DNA of 63,037 nt, counting the filler, from Octopus bimaculoides (taxonomy: Eukaryota): the NCBI RefSeq assembly GCF_001194135.2. It is 6 parts of 6 records of this genome, joined end to end, with 100 filler letters (N's around TTAATTAATTAA, not from the genome) between each part and the next. Parts side by side here need not be neighbours in the genome. Positions count along the whole stretch, not along the records: positions 40,656 to 61,807 come from NC_069002.1; positions 61,908 to 63,037 come from NW_026387852.1; 4 more parts are not named here. One strand, written 5' to 3'. Position 1 is the stretch's first letter. Each line of letters begins with the position of its first letter. Positions 61,287 through 63,037 of this stretch are shown in pieces. A model generated the notes under the pieces. That model saw only the letters and a list, made by a program, of their open reading frames with translations, was not told the DNA's origin and did not search any database. A program made the translations under genes and the position numbers.

Positions 61287-63037
61287 CCACACATACATGT
61301 TTATATATTATGTGTGTGTGTGTGTGCATACATAGCATATCTCCGAAAAAAATCGTCATATAATGTACATAATGTATATAAGACACACACATACTTTAAG
61401 AATTATGTATATAGCGTGCGTGCGTGTAAGTATGTGTGTGTATATGTGTGTGTGCGTATGTGTGTATGTCTATATTGTATTGTATATATGTACCATAATT
61501 ATAGACATATCTATACTACATTCATATCATTTGAGGGACCAACCAAAAAAAAAGGCATTTTGTGTTTATTATTTTCAGAACATTATTTGTGATAATATCT
61601 GCCATCGAGCTTTCTCCCCAGTGATTTTATCTTTTTTCTTTTCTTTATTATTATTATTATTATTATTTTTTTTTTGTATTTTTGTATTTTTATCTTTGTA
61701 CTTTAAATCGAAAAAAAAAGATCAGAGAATAATTTTATTATCACCAGACTAGGAAATGGCGAGTCAGACCAGCAAAAATAGAAGTACACCAAATATTGAG
61801 CGAAAACNNNNNNNNNNNNNNNNNNNNNNNNNNNNNNNNNNNNNNNNNNNNTTAATTAATTAANNNNNNNNNNNNNNNNNNNNNNNNNNNNNNNNNNNNN
61901 NNNNNNNATTAATATTATTGTTTAAGGTGGCGAGCTTGCAAAATCGTTAACGTGCTGGAGAAAATATTTACCGACATTTCATTTGTTTTTCAATCTGAAT
62001 TCAAATTTTACCGAAATCAACTTTGCCTTTCATTTATTCAGGGTCGATGAAAGAAGTACTAGTTGAACTCTGAGGTCAATGTAATCGATTCTCCTTTCCC
62101 CTAAATTTTCAGGCCTTGTACCTTTAACAGAAAAGGATTATTGTTGTTGCCGTTGTTATCGGTATGAAATAAAATAGACTGCATATATTCTAATAAAGTT
62201 TTTTTTTTTGTGGTGCTTCTTTTATTGTGGATAACATACGTAAACTAACAAATGTAACCGTAGCCCCCAAAATTAAAGTACTTACTCATAATAAAAATAG
62301 CTCTAAAATTAATAATGAATTCGTAATCATTAAGAAAATACGTACATGTACCTCTACGGCTTTAGTATCAATACAATATAAAACATGGTAAATATATGAA
62401 TACAGCTAAATATTATGATACATATCCATAAATATGCGCTATAGATATATTTTTAGACATAAATATTGGTACTATAAATTATTACATGTACTATACTATA
62501 TCATACCTGGATACATAAAAATATTGTTCTCAATAATTTATATATGCTAGAATTGTTTTTACGTATAAATGTTAGATATCCTAATAACTTAAATATATAT
62601 AAAATTTAGATTATTTTCAGTAAATATTGTAGTATATATTATATAAATATTATTATACTACATATCTATATCGGCATCTTTTACCGAATATCTTCGTCCT
62701 GCATACTGATCCTCTACATCTCTAAACGAAGATCTAAGTAAATTCATTGGAAATGAAAAATGTTCACTCTGAACATTAGAAAAGTGATAAATATTTTAAG
62801 ATTCAAGGAGGGGAAATTCATCACACATGCAAAAACATTCTAAAGATAAAATAAAATGAAAAAATCAAAGCAAAAATACTCCTTTAAGATGGGATTTAAA
62901 AATGGGCTTTACAATTACACCTGCTAAAAAATAACTTAAAACTAAACATAACTAAACATACATACACATTCAAGCATACCTTAGAAAATGTATCCTCTTT
63001 AAGAAAACACAAACTTACGAAGATACTATATATAAAT

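Overview
AT-rich, microsatellite-dense, gapped animal genomic DNA, most likely octopus (inference from the KRAB-less single-exon C2H2 cluster and the tRNA-headed SINE families). Five identical 44N-TTAATTAATTAA-44N spacers split the window into six separately assembled pieces, so adjacency across them is unproven. The first piece (1-15131) carries two intact paralogous 12-finger C2H2 zinc-finger genes, each trailing fossil fingers interrupted by nested SINEs, MITEs and a mariner relic. The fifth piece hides a spliced gene that the ORF track does not assemble: three phase-compatible exons (55437-55813, 57111-57167, <=58226-58444) encode a Meteorin/METRNL-family secreted protein with 9 of the family's 10 cysteines. 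Its first exon was not confidently located. The rest is decayed transposons (three Tc1/mariner relics, Merlin, RTE, Penelope, hAT, TTAA-MITEs) and simple repeats. Oddities worth follow-up include a tRNA-headed SINE with a hammerhead-ribozyme-like tail, two foldback elements with TTAGGG cores, a perfect 29-bp hairpin and a zinc-finger-derived minisatellite. All homology calls come from motif recognition by eye; no database search was run.
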